Assembly (NCBI GenBank): GCA_036172245.1
Contig: JAYWIR010000011.1
Location: 496,001-560,000, forward strand
Reading direction: 5' to 3'
DNA length: 64,000 nucleotides
Source of the DNA: Raillietiella orientalis
Taxonomy: Eukaryota
Below are positions 53,601-64,000 of this stretch, piece by piece. Under the pieces are notes generated by a model. That model was not told where the DNA came from. It made no database searches and worked only from the letters and a program-made list of their open reading frames with translations. Each line of letters opens with the position of its first letter. The first letter of the stretch is position 1. A program made the position numbers and the translations under genes.

Positions 53601-55988
53601 TCTCTGAAATGACTAAAAAGGTACACTAATAAAATCATAAGAATTAGGATTCATTAAAAGCCATGAAACGGCAATCGATCATATTTCGCCATTTTTCAAT
53701 TTAATTAGATTTATTGAATGACGATGACAAATAATTAGTTCAAAAATACACATTAATTTCAAGATTATTGAAAATCTGTTTTCATGAAAATTTGAAGCCA
53801 TCATGGTAATCGTGGAGAAGTTTTCTTCTTTTTCTTGCCGAAGCGACTGAAACCCTCTTCATAGAGCCCTGAAAAACAGAAGAAAATTTTCCATAAGAAT
53901 CTTTGAATTCATCAACTTAAATTAGGTATGCATTTTTAGCAAATTTTCGCATTACAAAGAAAATCAGCATTTAGCAATACGTTCTTCTAAAAAAACAATT
54001 TCTACAAAAAACAATTTCATTCTAAATTTTCATAATTTCTCCTTTTCTTCAACGACAAATTATGAAGTTCGTAGTAATGCTCTGTATTTTTTTGTTTTGT
54101 TTTTTACTTGTATTGCAAAACGGTTAAAAGCCAACCAACACTTATCTTCACCCTCCCTTATACCATGCCAAAAAAAACATTGAATAAATATTCAGGTTTT
54201 CATAGCCAAACCTTTAGAAAGCTCGGATACAGAAGCTGTGAATACTTTCTAACATAAGGATTCAAAAAATTTAAAGACAGAAATGAAAGGTCAGCATTAG
54301 ACTTGGAAATTAGGACTTTTGGTTACAAAGAAAGTAATTGCCATTCACTATAAGCAAATAATAAAAAACAGTAGAACTACTGCCTTCATGAAAAGAGTGA
54401 GCTCATCTTTAAAATCGTTTCCGGATGATATCGTTTGTACATTTAATCATTTTATTCAAGGAAAAAAGAAGACCAAGTCAATGTCTTTGCAAGCATCAAG
54501 GAGAATGGCTACGAGAGCAGAATCCTAAGCTTAAACTGCTTCAAAGTTGAGCATAAACAGCAAAAAGGAGCCAATTTCCTTATAACCTAGGAGGCTCGAA
54601 ATTCATGCGTGCATGTACATGAACACTGTTTATTGTACTTGGAATAAGCTGAAACAAGCCGAAGCTCAGCTGAAAGGTGAAGCTGGCTGAAGGTAGAAAT
54701 GTAGAAGTGGCCGAAAAGTGGAATGAGAGGCGAAGGAGGTGGCCAGGAACCGCAATCACGGGTTGCCTCGAAAATCGCGGACATACATCCAAAAGAAAAA
54801 AATGGCAAAAAGATGATTCATCCAGCATCAACAACAAAAGCAGTTGGCTGAGTTCAGAGTTGGGAAAAAAGTCCAGCAATTTATTTTTAGCGTTTCTTTG
54901 TTCCTTTTATCCGAAACCGATCAGTTTGACTTGACGCTAACAGCATGCATTCTGTGCTCAAAGAAGATGCACACATAAGGAAGCCGTTGCCTTTCCTGAA
55001 TGTTCCTTTTGTCGTTTCAAAGTGCCTTTGCTTCCTTCTCAAAACTCAGTGAAATCTCAGCTTCTGTTTCTTCCACTGAACAGACGGAACTGAGACCGAA
55101 ACGAGTAGTTGTTTTCCAAAGAGCAAGCAAAGATCAGCTTGGAAGAAGTTGAAGAAGAAGAAAACCCCCAGAGTTTCCTCTGTAGTAGAAAAAAAAAAAA
55201 AATTCAAGATCTTTCTGCATGCCAACATTTAAATGAAGCGTATTCTTTCGAAGCTGAAACGAAAGAACAAAGTTCTCGGGAAACAGGCGGTGCGGCAGCA
55301 GCAATATCTTCTGGATGGAGCACGTACTCCAGCAAGCAACAGAAACGCAGTGACCATCACCGTGTTCGCGCGACACTTGGTGTTTTCAACGCGCCATAAC
55401 GTGCACGTGGGCAATCGTGTTCCCCACAGGAAAACTAGCCAGGCGGCAGCCAAAGGGGGACTATACCCAAAAGATAGGCGTGGAAACCTAACCAAATAAA
55501 GCCAGAACAGTTTTGCCAAAGATTCACTCACATTAAACAGTAAACCGTCTTCAAATGGATTATTCCCCTTTCCCTTTCTAATTCTCTCGTTTCATTTTAT
55601 CCATTTCTCTGGAGCTCAGATGCACTTAAACTTACGTTAAGCTTTAAAAATCGTTTCCCTCTCTACTTAAAGGCGGACAGTACTGCAATTGAAAACTTTC
55701 AGCTTCGAATAAGAGATGGTTCATTAAGAAAAGAAAAAAGAGCCATGGTCTTGCAATTTCCTCCCTTCACAGTTTCAAATTACCAAGGCATCGACAAAAG
55801 GGACAATCCACCTTTAATCGTGCCTAGTCGAAAAAATAAGCCCATGATGTGAGTCAGTTTCTGCTAAAGTTTTGAGAAACATTCGATCACTGAAACTTTC
55901 AGATTCATTTAGGGACCCTGGAAGACACGCGGCGCCGCATGTTTCACTTTTCAAACTTCTGCATCAGACCGCCCTGCAAACAAAATCA

Positions 55989-56015
55989 GAAGAAGAAGAA
56001 GAAGAAGAAGAAGAA
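55989..56015. repeat. (GAA)n microsatellite
   Basis: About 8 GAA units seen directly. Confidence 0.9.
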
Positions 56016-57107
56016 AGGACGCAAACTCTCCTTCATTCACATTCCATGCCGACTCCTCATTACTGAACCTCACATCCGCACTCCATAACATTACGGAGTT
56101 CTTACTGACCCAAAGCAGCAACACCAACTCTCGGGTCAGTTGGAGCGACAGCTCTCGGAGGAAGATGCATAATTTCCATACGATAAGGAGACACCAAAAA
56201 ATCGATATTTTATACAGCGAAATTTCCTCTTACTGCAATAACAGTCCCGTACACATAAATTTTTTAAATAGCAACAAGATTCCAACATTCCTGAAGATAC
56301 ATCAAGTAAACTTCCCAATAAACAAAAAAATATACGTGCACACGGATAAAAGCAGACGAACGATAAGTTTTTCAATTAAAGACCTCACAAGCCCCTATGA
56401 AAAAATTCCAGTGTGTTCTTGACGTCCGTGCAGTCCCACTCTAGAGCACCACCAAGCTGCCAGTGCTGGAGGGAAATCTGATAAGAGTGCAACGTGCAAT
56501 CATTGGATTTCCGCCCAGATGACGAATCCAGCTTCATAGCAAGATCCAGGAGAAAAAAAAGAATAAATTCTCCCAAAATTAATGAAATTCGGGCGCAAAA
56601 ATAAACGTCGCTCTTCGCTTTCTCACACGAATGGAAAGCATGCATCTCGATCTAATCTAGTGTAATTACACACACATTAATAAGAAGATAGAAAGAAAAA
56701 AACTCCACTAATCAAAAGTGAAAAAAAAAAAAAAAAAACCAAAAAAAAAAAAAGAAACAGAGAAAGGAACATAAATAAGAGAAAGCTCATTCGAAATGCA
56801 AACAAAGAAACGACAACTAAAAAGACATTAGAGCATTAAACCTGTCAAGACAAAAAAAAAACCACCAACATCAAAAACACAAGAAGAAAGTAATTCTTCT
56901 CGAAATACAAAAAGAGCAAGTACGGGCAAAAATTCAAGTGACATCGAAAAGCAGACAAAGAAAACAAAAATTCCTAGCAGGAATACCTCTATGCACCTAA
57001 GCTAAAAAACAGACACAACGAAACCATTCAAAAGAAAACACTACATCAAAAAAACAAAATAAAAATTGAATAAAAATTAAAATCCATAAAAAACCAAAAC
57101 AACTCAC

Positions 57108-60100
57108 ATCTATGGAAAGCATGGTATCTTGAAGCATTCTCGTCATCATTATCTTTCCAGGGACTTTCGGAAACTAAATCTTCTAATCCCGATTTGGCTG
57201 TTGGGACGCTATCAAAATTAGAAGCCGAAGGTTCGAGACTGGTACTTCTGAACGACTCCCTAGTGAACACCGGAAATCTGAAACCAGTTTCAAAACCTAA
57301 ACACAGTTTGCCAACATCCCCTTCCTGAAAGCAACCTTTGAGACAGCGAGGGTCGCTGGAATTCACAGAACACACAAACTCTGTTGTGGTTTCACGAACA
57401 ACAGATGGAATAGCTGTAGAAGTAAAACAACGGGCATCAGTAGATCCAGGGAAGCAAACAGGAGGACACTCAGGATCCGATGAACCAGGAATGCAACGAG
57501 AAGTAAACGCAGATTCAACAGTAGGAGTCCTAAAAATTTGGGAGGAAGTAGTAGTAACCGTTACAGGCGTTCCACGGCATCGGATGTCCTTAGATCCGGG
57601 ATGGCAGACCAATGGAGAGGAAGGTGTGCGTCGAGTGGTGGTCAGTGTGGCGATCGGACAACGCGGATCAGGAGAACCCGGGTAGCAGAAGGGCGGACAT
57701 CTGCTGTCAGTCGACCCAGGGTAGCATCTAAACGACGTGGTTGTCCTGGGCGTAGTGGGGATTCTAGGGAATCCCTGTTGACATCTGGGGTCCGTGGATC
57801 CAGGAACGCAGCGGAATGGGGTGACGATCGATGGAGTGGTGCTTGACGTGATTGTGGCTGGGGCTTCTGTTGAAGGTGTGGGTGTACTGCAACGGACGTC
57901 TGTTGATCCCGGTACGCAGAAGAATGGAGCGGACAGTGTGCGTCGAGTGGTGGTCAGTGTGGCGATCGGACAGCGGGGATCAGGAGAACCAGGGTAGCAG
58001 AAGGGCGGACATCTGCTGTCAGTCGACCCAGGGTAGCATCTAAACGACGTTGTTGTCCTGGCCGTAGTGGGGATTCTAGGAAATCCCTGTTGACATCTGG
58101 GGTCCGTGGATCCAGGAACGCAGCGGAATGGGGTGACGATCGATGGAGTGGTGCTTGACGTGGTTGTGACTGGGGCCTCTGATGAAGGTGTGGGTGTTCT
58201 GCAACGGACGTCTGTTGATCCCGGTACGCAGAAGAATGGAGCGGACGGTGTGCGTCGAGTGGTGGTGACAGTGGCGATCGGACAGCGCGGATCAGGAGAA
58301 CCAGGGTAGCAGAAGGGCGGACATCTGCTGTCAGTCGACCCAGGGTAGCATCTAAACGACGTTGTTGTCCTGGCCGTAGTGGGGATTCTAGGAAATCCCT
58401 GTTGACATCTGGGGTCCGTGGATCCAGGAACGCAGCGGAATGGGGTGACGATCGATGGAGTGGTGCTTGACGTGGTTGTGGCTGGGGCCTCTGTTGAAGA
58501 TGTGGGTGTTCTGCAACGGATGTCTGTTGATCCCGGTACGCAGAAGAATGGAGCGGACGGTGTGCGTCGAGTGGTGGTCAGTGTGGCGATCGGACAGCGG
58601 GGATCAGGAGAACCAGGGTAGCAGAAGGGCGGACATCTGCTGTCAGTCGACCCAGGGTAGCATCTAAACGACGTTGTTGTCCTGGCCGTAGTGGGGATTC
58701 TAGGGAATCCCTGTTGACATCTGGGGTCCGTGGATCCAGGAACGCAGCGGAATGGGGTGACGATCGATGGAGTGGTGCTTGACGTGGTTGTGGCTGGGGC
58801 CTCTGTTGAAGATGTGGGTGTTCTGCAACGGATGTCTGTTGATCCCGGTACGCAGAAGAATGGAGCGGACGGTGTGCGTCCAGTGGTGGTGACAGTGGCG
58901 ATCGGACAGCGCGGATCAGGAGAACCAGGGTAGCAGAAGGGCGGACATCTGCTGTCAGTCGACCCAGGGTAGCATCTAAACGACGTGGTTGTCCTGGCCG
59001 TAGTGGGGATTCTAGGGAATCCCTGTTGACATCTGGGGTCCGTGGATCCAGGAACGCAGCGGAATGGGGTGACGATCGATGGAGTGGTGCTTGACGTGGT
59101 TGTGGCTGGGGCCTCTGTTGAAGATGTGGGTGTTCTGCAACGGATGTCTGTTGATCCCGGAACGCAGAAGAATGGAGCGGACGGTGTGCGTCCAGTGGTG
59201 GTGACAGTGGCGATCGGACAGCGCGGATCAGGAGAACCAGGGTAGCAGAAGGGCGGACATCTGCTGTCAGTCGACCCAGGGTAGCATCTAAACGACGTGG
59301 TTGTCGTGGCCGTAGTGGGGATTCTAGGGAATCCCTGTTGACATCTGGGGTCCGTGGATCCAGGAACGCAGCGGAATGGGGTGACGATCGATGGAGTGGT
59401 GCTTGACGTGGTTGTGGCTGGGGCCTCTGTTGAAGATGTGGGTGTTCTGCAACGGATGTCTGTTGATCCCGGAACGCAGAAGAATGGAGCGGACGGTGTG
59501 CGTCGAGTGGTGGTGACAGTGGCGATCGGACAGCGCGGATCAGGAGAACCAGGGTAGCAGAAGGGCGGACATCTGCTGTCAGTCGACCCAGGGTAGCATC
59601 TAAACGACGTGGTTGTCCTGGCCGTAGTGGGGATTCTAGGGAATCCCTGTTGACATCTGGGGTCCGTGGATCCAGGAACGCAGCGGAACGGGGTGACGAT
59701 CCTTGGAATGGTGCTTGCCGTGGTTGTGACTGGGACCTCTGTTGAAGGTGTGGGTGTTCTGCAACGGACGTCTGTTGATCCCGGTACGCAGAAGAATGGA
59801 GTGGACGGTGTGCGTCCAGTGGTGGTGACAGTGGCGATCGGACAGCGCGGATCAGGAGAACCAGGGTAGCAGAAGGGCGGACATCTGCTGTCAGTCGACC
59901 CAGGGTAGCATCTAAACGACGTGGTTGTCCTGGCCGTAGTGGGGATTCTAGGGAATCCCTGTTGACATCTGGGGTCCGTGGATCCAGGAACGCAGCGGAA
60001 CGGGGTGACGATCCTTGGAATGGTGCTTGCCGTGGTTGTGACTGGGACCTCTGTTGAAGGTGTGGGTGTTCTGCAACGGACGTCTGTTGATCCCGGTACG

Positions 60101-63100
60101 CAGAAGAATGGAGTGGACGGTGTGCGTCCAGTGGTGGTGACAGTGGCGATCGGACAGCGCGGATCAGGAGAACCAGGGTAGCAGAACGGTGGACATCTGC
60201 TGTCAGTCGACCCAGGGTAGCATCTAAACGACGTGGTTGTCCTGGGCGTAGTGGGGATTCTTGGCACTTCCTGTAGACACCTGGGGTCCGTGGATCCAGG
60301 AACGCAGCGGAATGGGGTGACGATCGATGGAGTGGTGCTTGCCGTGGTTGTGACTGGGGCCTCTGTTGAAGGTGTGGGTGTTCTGCAACGGACGTCTGTT
60401 GATCCCGGTACGCAGAAGAATGGAGCGGACGGTGTGCGTCGAGTGGTGGTGACTGTGGCGATCGGACAGCGCGGATCAGGAGAACCAGGGTAGCAGAAGG
60501 GCGGACATCTGCTGTCAGTCGACCCAGGGTAGCATCTAAACGACGTGGTTGTCCTGGCCGTAGTGGGGATTCTAGGAAATCCCTGTTGACATCTGGGGTC
60601 CGTGGATCCAGGAACGCAGCGGAACGGGGTGACAATCGTTGGAATGGGGCTTGCCGTGGTTGTGACTGGGGCCTCTGTTGAAGGTGTGGGTGTTCTGCAA
60701 CGGACGTCTGTTGATCCCGGTACGCAGAAGAATGGAGTGGACGGTGTGCGTCCAGTGGTGGCGACTGTGGCGATCGGACAGCGCGGATCAGGAGAACCAG
60801 GGTAGCAGAAGGGCGGACATCTGCTGTCAGTCGATCCAGGGTAGCATCTAAACGACGTGGTTGTCCTGGGCGTAGTGGGGATTCTTGGCACTTCCTGTAG
60901 ACACCTGGGGTCCGTGGATCCAAGAACGCAGCGGAATGGGGTGACGATCGTTGGAGTGGTGCTTGCCGTGGTTGTGGCTGGAGCTTCTGTTGAAGGTGTG
61001 GGTGTTCTGCAACGGACGTCTGTTGATCCCGGAACGCAGAAGAATGGAGCGGACGGTGTGCGTCGAGTGGTGGTGACTGTGGCGATCGGACAGCGCGGAT
61101 CAGGAGAACCCGGGTAGCAGAAGGGCGGACATCTGCTGTCAGTCGACCCAGGGTAGCATCTAAACGACGTGGTTGTCCTGGCCGTAGTGGGGATTCTAGG
61201 AAATCCCTGTTGACATCTGGGGTCCGTGGATCCAGGAACGCAGCGGAACGGGGTGACGATCGTTGAAATGGTGCTTGCCGTGGTTGTGACTGGGGCCTCT
61301 GTTGAAGGTGTGGGTGTTCTGCAACGGACGTCTGTTGATCCTGGTACGCAGAAGAATGGAGTGGACGGTGTGCGTCCAGTGGTGGTGACTGTGGCGATCG
61401 GACAGCGCGGATCAGGAGAACCAGGGTAGCAGAACGGTGGACATCTGCTGTCAGTCGACCCAGGGTAGCATCTAAACGACGTGGTTGTCCTGGGCGTAGT
61501 GGGGATTCTTGGCACTTCCTGTAGACACCTGGCGTCCGTGGATCCAGGAACGCAGCGGAATGGGGTGACGATCGATGGAGTGGTGCTTGCCGTGGTTGTG
61601 ACTGGGGCCTCTGTTGAAGGTGTGGGTGTTCTGCAACGGACGTCTGTTGATCCCGGTACGCAGAAGAATGGAGCGGACGGTGTGCGTCCAGTGGTGGTGA
61701 CAGTGGCGATCGGACAGCGCGGATCAGGAGAACCAGGGTAGCAGAACGGTGGACATCTGCTGTCAGTCGACCCAGGGTAGCATCTGAACGACGTGGTTGT
61801 CCTGGCCGTAGTGGGGATTCTAGGGAATCCCTGTTGACATCTGGGGTCCGTGGATCCAGGAACGCAGCGGAATGGGGTGACGATCGCTGGAGTAGTGCTT
61901 GCCGTGGTTGTGACTGGGGCCTCTGTTGAAGGTGTGGGTGTTCTGCAACGGACGTCTGTTGATCCCGGTACGCAGAAGAATGGAGTGGACGGTGTGCGTC
62001 CAGTGGTGGTGACAGTGGCGATCGGACAGCGCGGATCAGGAGAACCAGGGTAGCAGAACGGTGGACATCTGCTGTCAGTCGACCCAGGGTAGCATCTAAA
62101 CGACGTTGTTGTAATGGCCGTAGTGGGGATTCTTGGCACTTCCTCTGGACACCTGGGGTCCGTGGATCCAGGAACGCAGCGGAATGGGGTGACGATCGAT
62201 GGAGTGGTGCTTGCCGTGGTTGTGACTGGGGCCTCTGTTGAAGGTGTGGGTGTTCTGCAACGGACGTCTGTTGATCCCGGTACGCAGAAGAATGGAGCGG
62301 ACGGTGTGCGTCCAGTGGTGGTGACAGTGGCGATCGGACAGCGCGGATCAGGAGAACCAGGGTAGCAGAACGGTGGACATCTGCTGTCAGTCGACCCAGG
62401 GTAGCATCTGAACGACGTGGTTGTTCTGGCCGTAGTGGGGATTCTAGGGAATCCCTGTTGACATCTGGGGTCCGTGGATCCAGGAACGCAGCGGAATGGG
62501 GTGACGATCGCTGGAGTAGTGCTTGCCGTGGTTGTGACTGGGGCCTCTGTTGAAGGTGTGGGTGTTCTGCAACGGACGTCGGTTGATCCCGGTACGCAGA
62601 AGAATGGAGTGGACGGTGTGCGTCCAGTGGTGGTGACAGTGGCGATCGGACAGCGCGGATCAGGAGAACCAGGGTAGCAGAACGGTGGACATCTGCTGTC
62701 AGTCGACCCAGGGTAGCATCTAAACGACGTTGTTGTAATGGCCGTAGTGGGGATTCTTGGCACTTCCTCTGGACACCTGGGGTCCGTGGATCCAGGAACG
62801 CAGCGGAATGGGGTGACGATTGATGGAGTGGTGCTTGCCGTGGTTGTGACTGGGGCCTCTGTTGAAGGTGTGGGTGTTCTGCAACGGACGTCTGTTGATC
62901 CCGGTACGCAGAAGAATGGAGTGGACGGTGTGCGTCCAGTGGTGGTGACAGTGGCGATCGGACAGCGCGGATCAGGAGAACCAGGGTAGCAGAAGGGCGG
63001 ACATCTGCTGTCAGTCGACCCAGGGTAGCATCTAAACGACGTGGTTGTCCTAGCCGTAGTGGGGATTCTTGGGAATCCCTGTTGACATCTGGGGTCCGTG

Positions 63101-64000
63101 GATCCAGGAACGCAGCGGAACGGGGTGACGATCGTTGGAATGGTGCTTGCCGTGGTTGTGACTGGGGCCTCTGTTGAAGGTGTGGGTGTTCTGCAACGGA
63201 CGTCTGTTGATCCCGGTACGCAGAAGAATGGAGTGGACGGTGTGCGTCGAGTGGTGGTCAGTGTGGCGATCGGACAGCGCGGATCAGGAGAACCAGGGTA
63301 GCAGAAGGGCGGACATCTGCTGTCAGTCGACCCAGGGTAGCATCTAAACGACGTTGTTGTCCTGGCCGTAGTGGGGATTCTTGGCACTTCCTCTGGACAC
63401 CTGGGGTCCGTGGATCCAGGAACGCAGCGGAATGGGGTGACGATCGTTGGAGTGGTGCTTGCCGTGGTTGTGACTGGGGCCTCTGTTGAAGGTGTGGGTG
63501 TTCTGCAACGGACGTCTGTTGATCCCGGAACGCAGAAGAATGGAGCGGACGGTGTGCGTCGAGTGGTGGTGACTGTGGCGATCGGACAGCGCGGATCAGG
63601 AGAACCAGGGTAGCAGAAGGGCGGACATCTGCTGTCAGTCGATCCAGGGTAGCATCTAAACGACGTGGTTGTCCTGGGCGTAGTGGGGATTCTTGGCACT
63701 TCCTGTAGACACCTGGGGTCCGTGGATCCAGGAACGCAGCCGAATGGGGTGACGATCGTTGGAGTGGTGCTTGCCGGTTTTGGCTGGGGCTTCTGTTGAA
63801 GGTGTGGGTGTTCTGCAACGGACGTCTGTTGATCCCGGAACGCAGAAGAATGGAGCGGACGGTGTGCGTCGAGTGGTGGTGACTGTGGCGATCGGACAGC
63901 GCGGATCAGGAGAACCAGGGTAGCAGAAGGGCGGACATCTGCTGTCAGTCGATCCAGGGTAGCATCTAAACGACGTGGTTGTCCTGGGCGTAGTGGGGAT
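57108..64000 (-). CDS. Giant exon of a mucin-like Cys/Thr/Pro-rich extracellular protein, papillote-like; partial gene
   Basis: ORF over 2200 aa with CxPGSxDxRC modules and Thr-rich linkers; ends RYHAFHR at a GTGAGT donor (57107); no ZP domain visible in the window, so family identity is tentative. Confidence 0.75.
57590..64000. repeat. Coding tandem repeat, 312-bp (104-aa) unit, about 20 copies
   Basis: Antisense ORFs recur at exact 312-bp steps (57794, 58106, 58418...); four Cys-pair modules per unit. Confidence 0.98.

Noticed and set aside
57538..63818. Many 67-86 aa plus-strand ORFs and the 781-aa alternative-frame ORF
   Set aside because: Shadow frames of the 312-bp coding repeat.

Overview
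Eukaryotic genomic DNA from an animal, most likely an arthropod and possibly a crustacean (inference). AT-rich housekeeping genes with very short introns (mostly 36-55 nt) are present: SMG8, MetAP2, INTS14, aveugle, CHMP1 and PRCC. The window ends in a giant 312-bp-repeat Cys/Thr/Pro-rich exon resembling papillote. Between the genes lie GC-richer islands (about 1-1950, 7250-20450, 25300-33300) built from 5'-truncated non-LTR retrotransposon pieces: two L1/Tx1-like families and one NeSL/Utopia-like fragment. The main observation is two diverged endogenous copies of an ambisense CRESS (circular Rep-encoding ssDNA) virus inside these islands. Each has an HUH Rep split by a host-sized 46-47 nt intron, a stem-loop origin (CAGTATTAC / GAGTATTAC) with compensatory base changes, and an Arg-rich capsid start. 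Copy 2 (27350-30045) is a circularly permuted, near-complete genome opened between Walker A and Walker B. It sits inside a LINE whose sequence resumes almost exactly on the other side. Copy 1 is fused directly to a LINE 3' UTR. This suggests repeated LINE-associated capture of ssDNA virus genomes. Also seen are two U12-type introns and three GC-AG introns. All calls come from reading motifs by eye; no database search was run.
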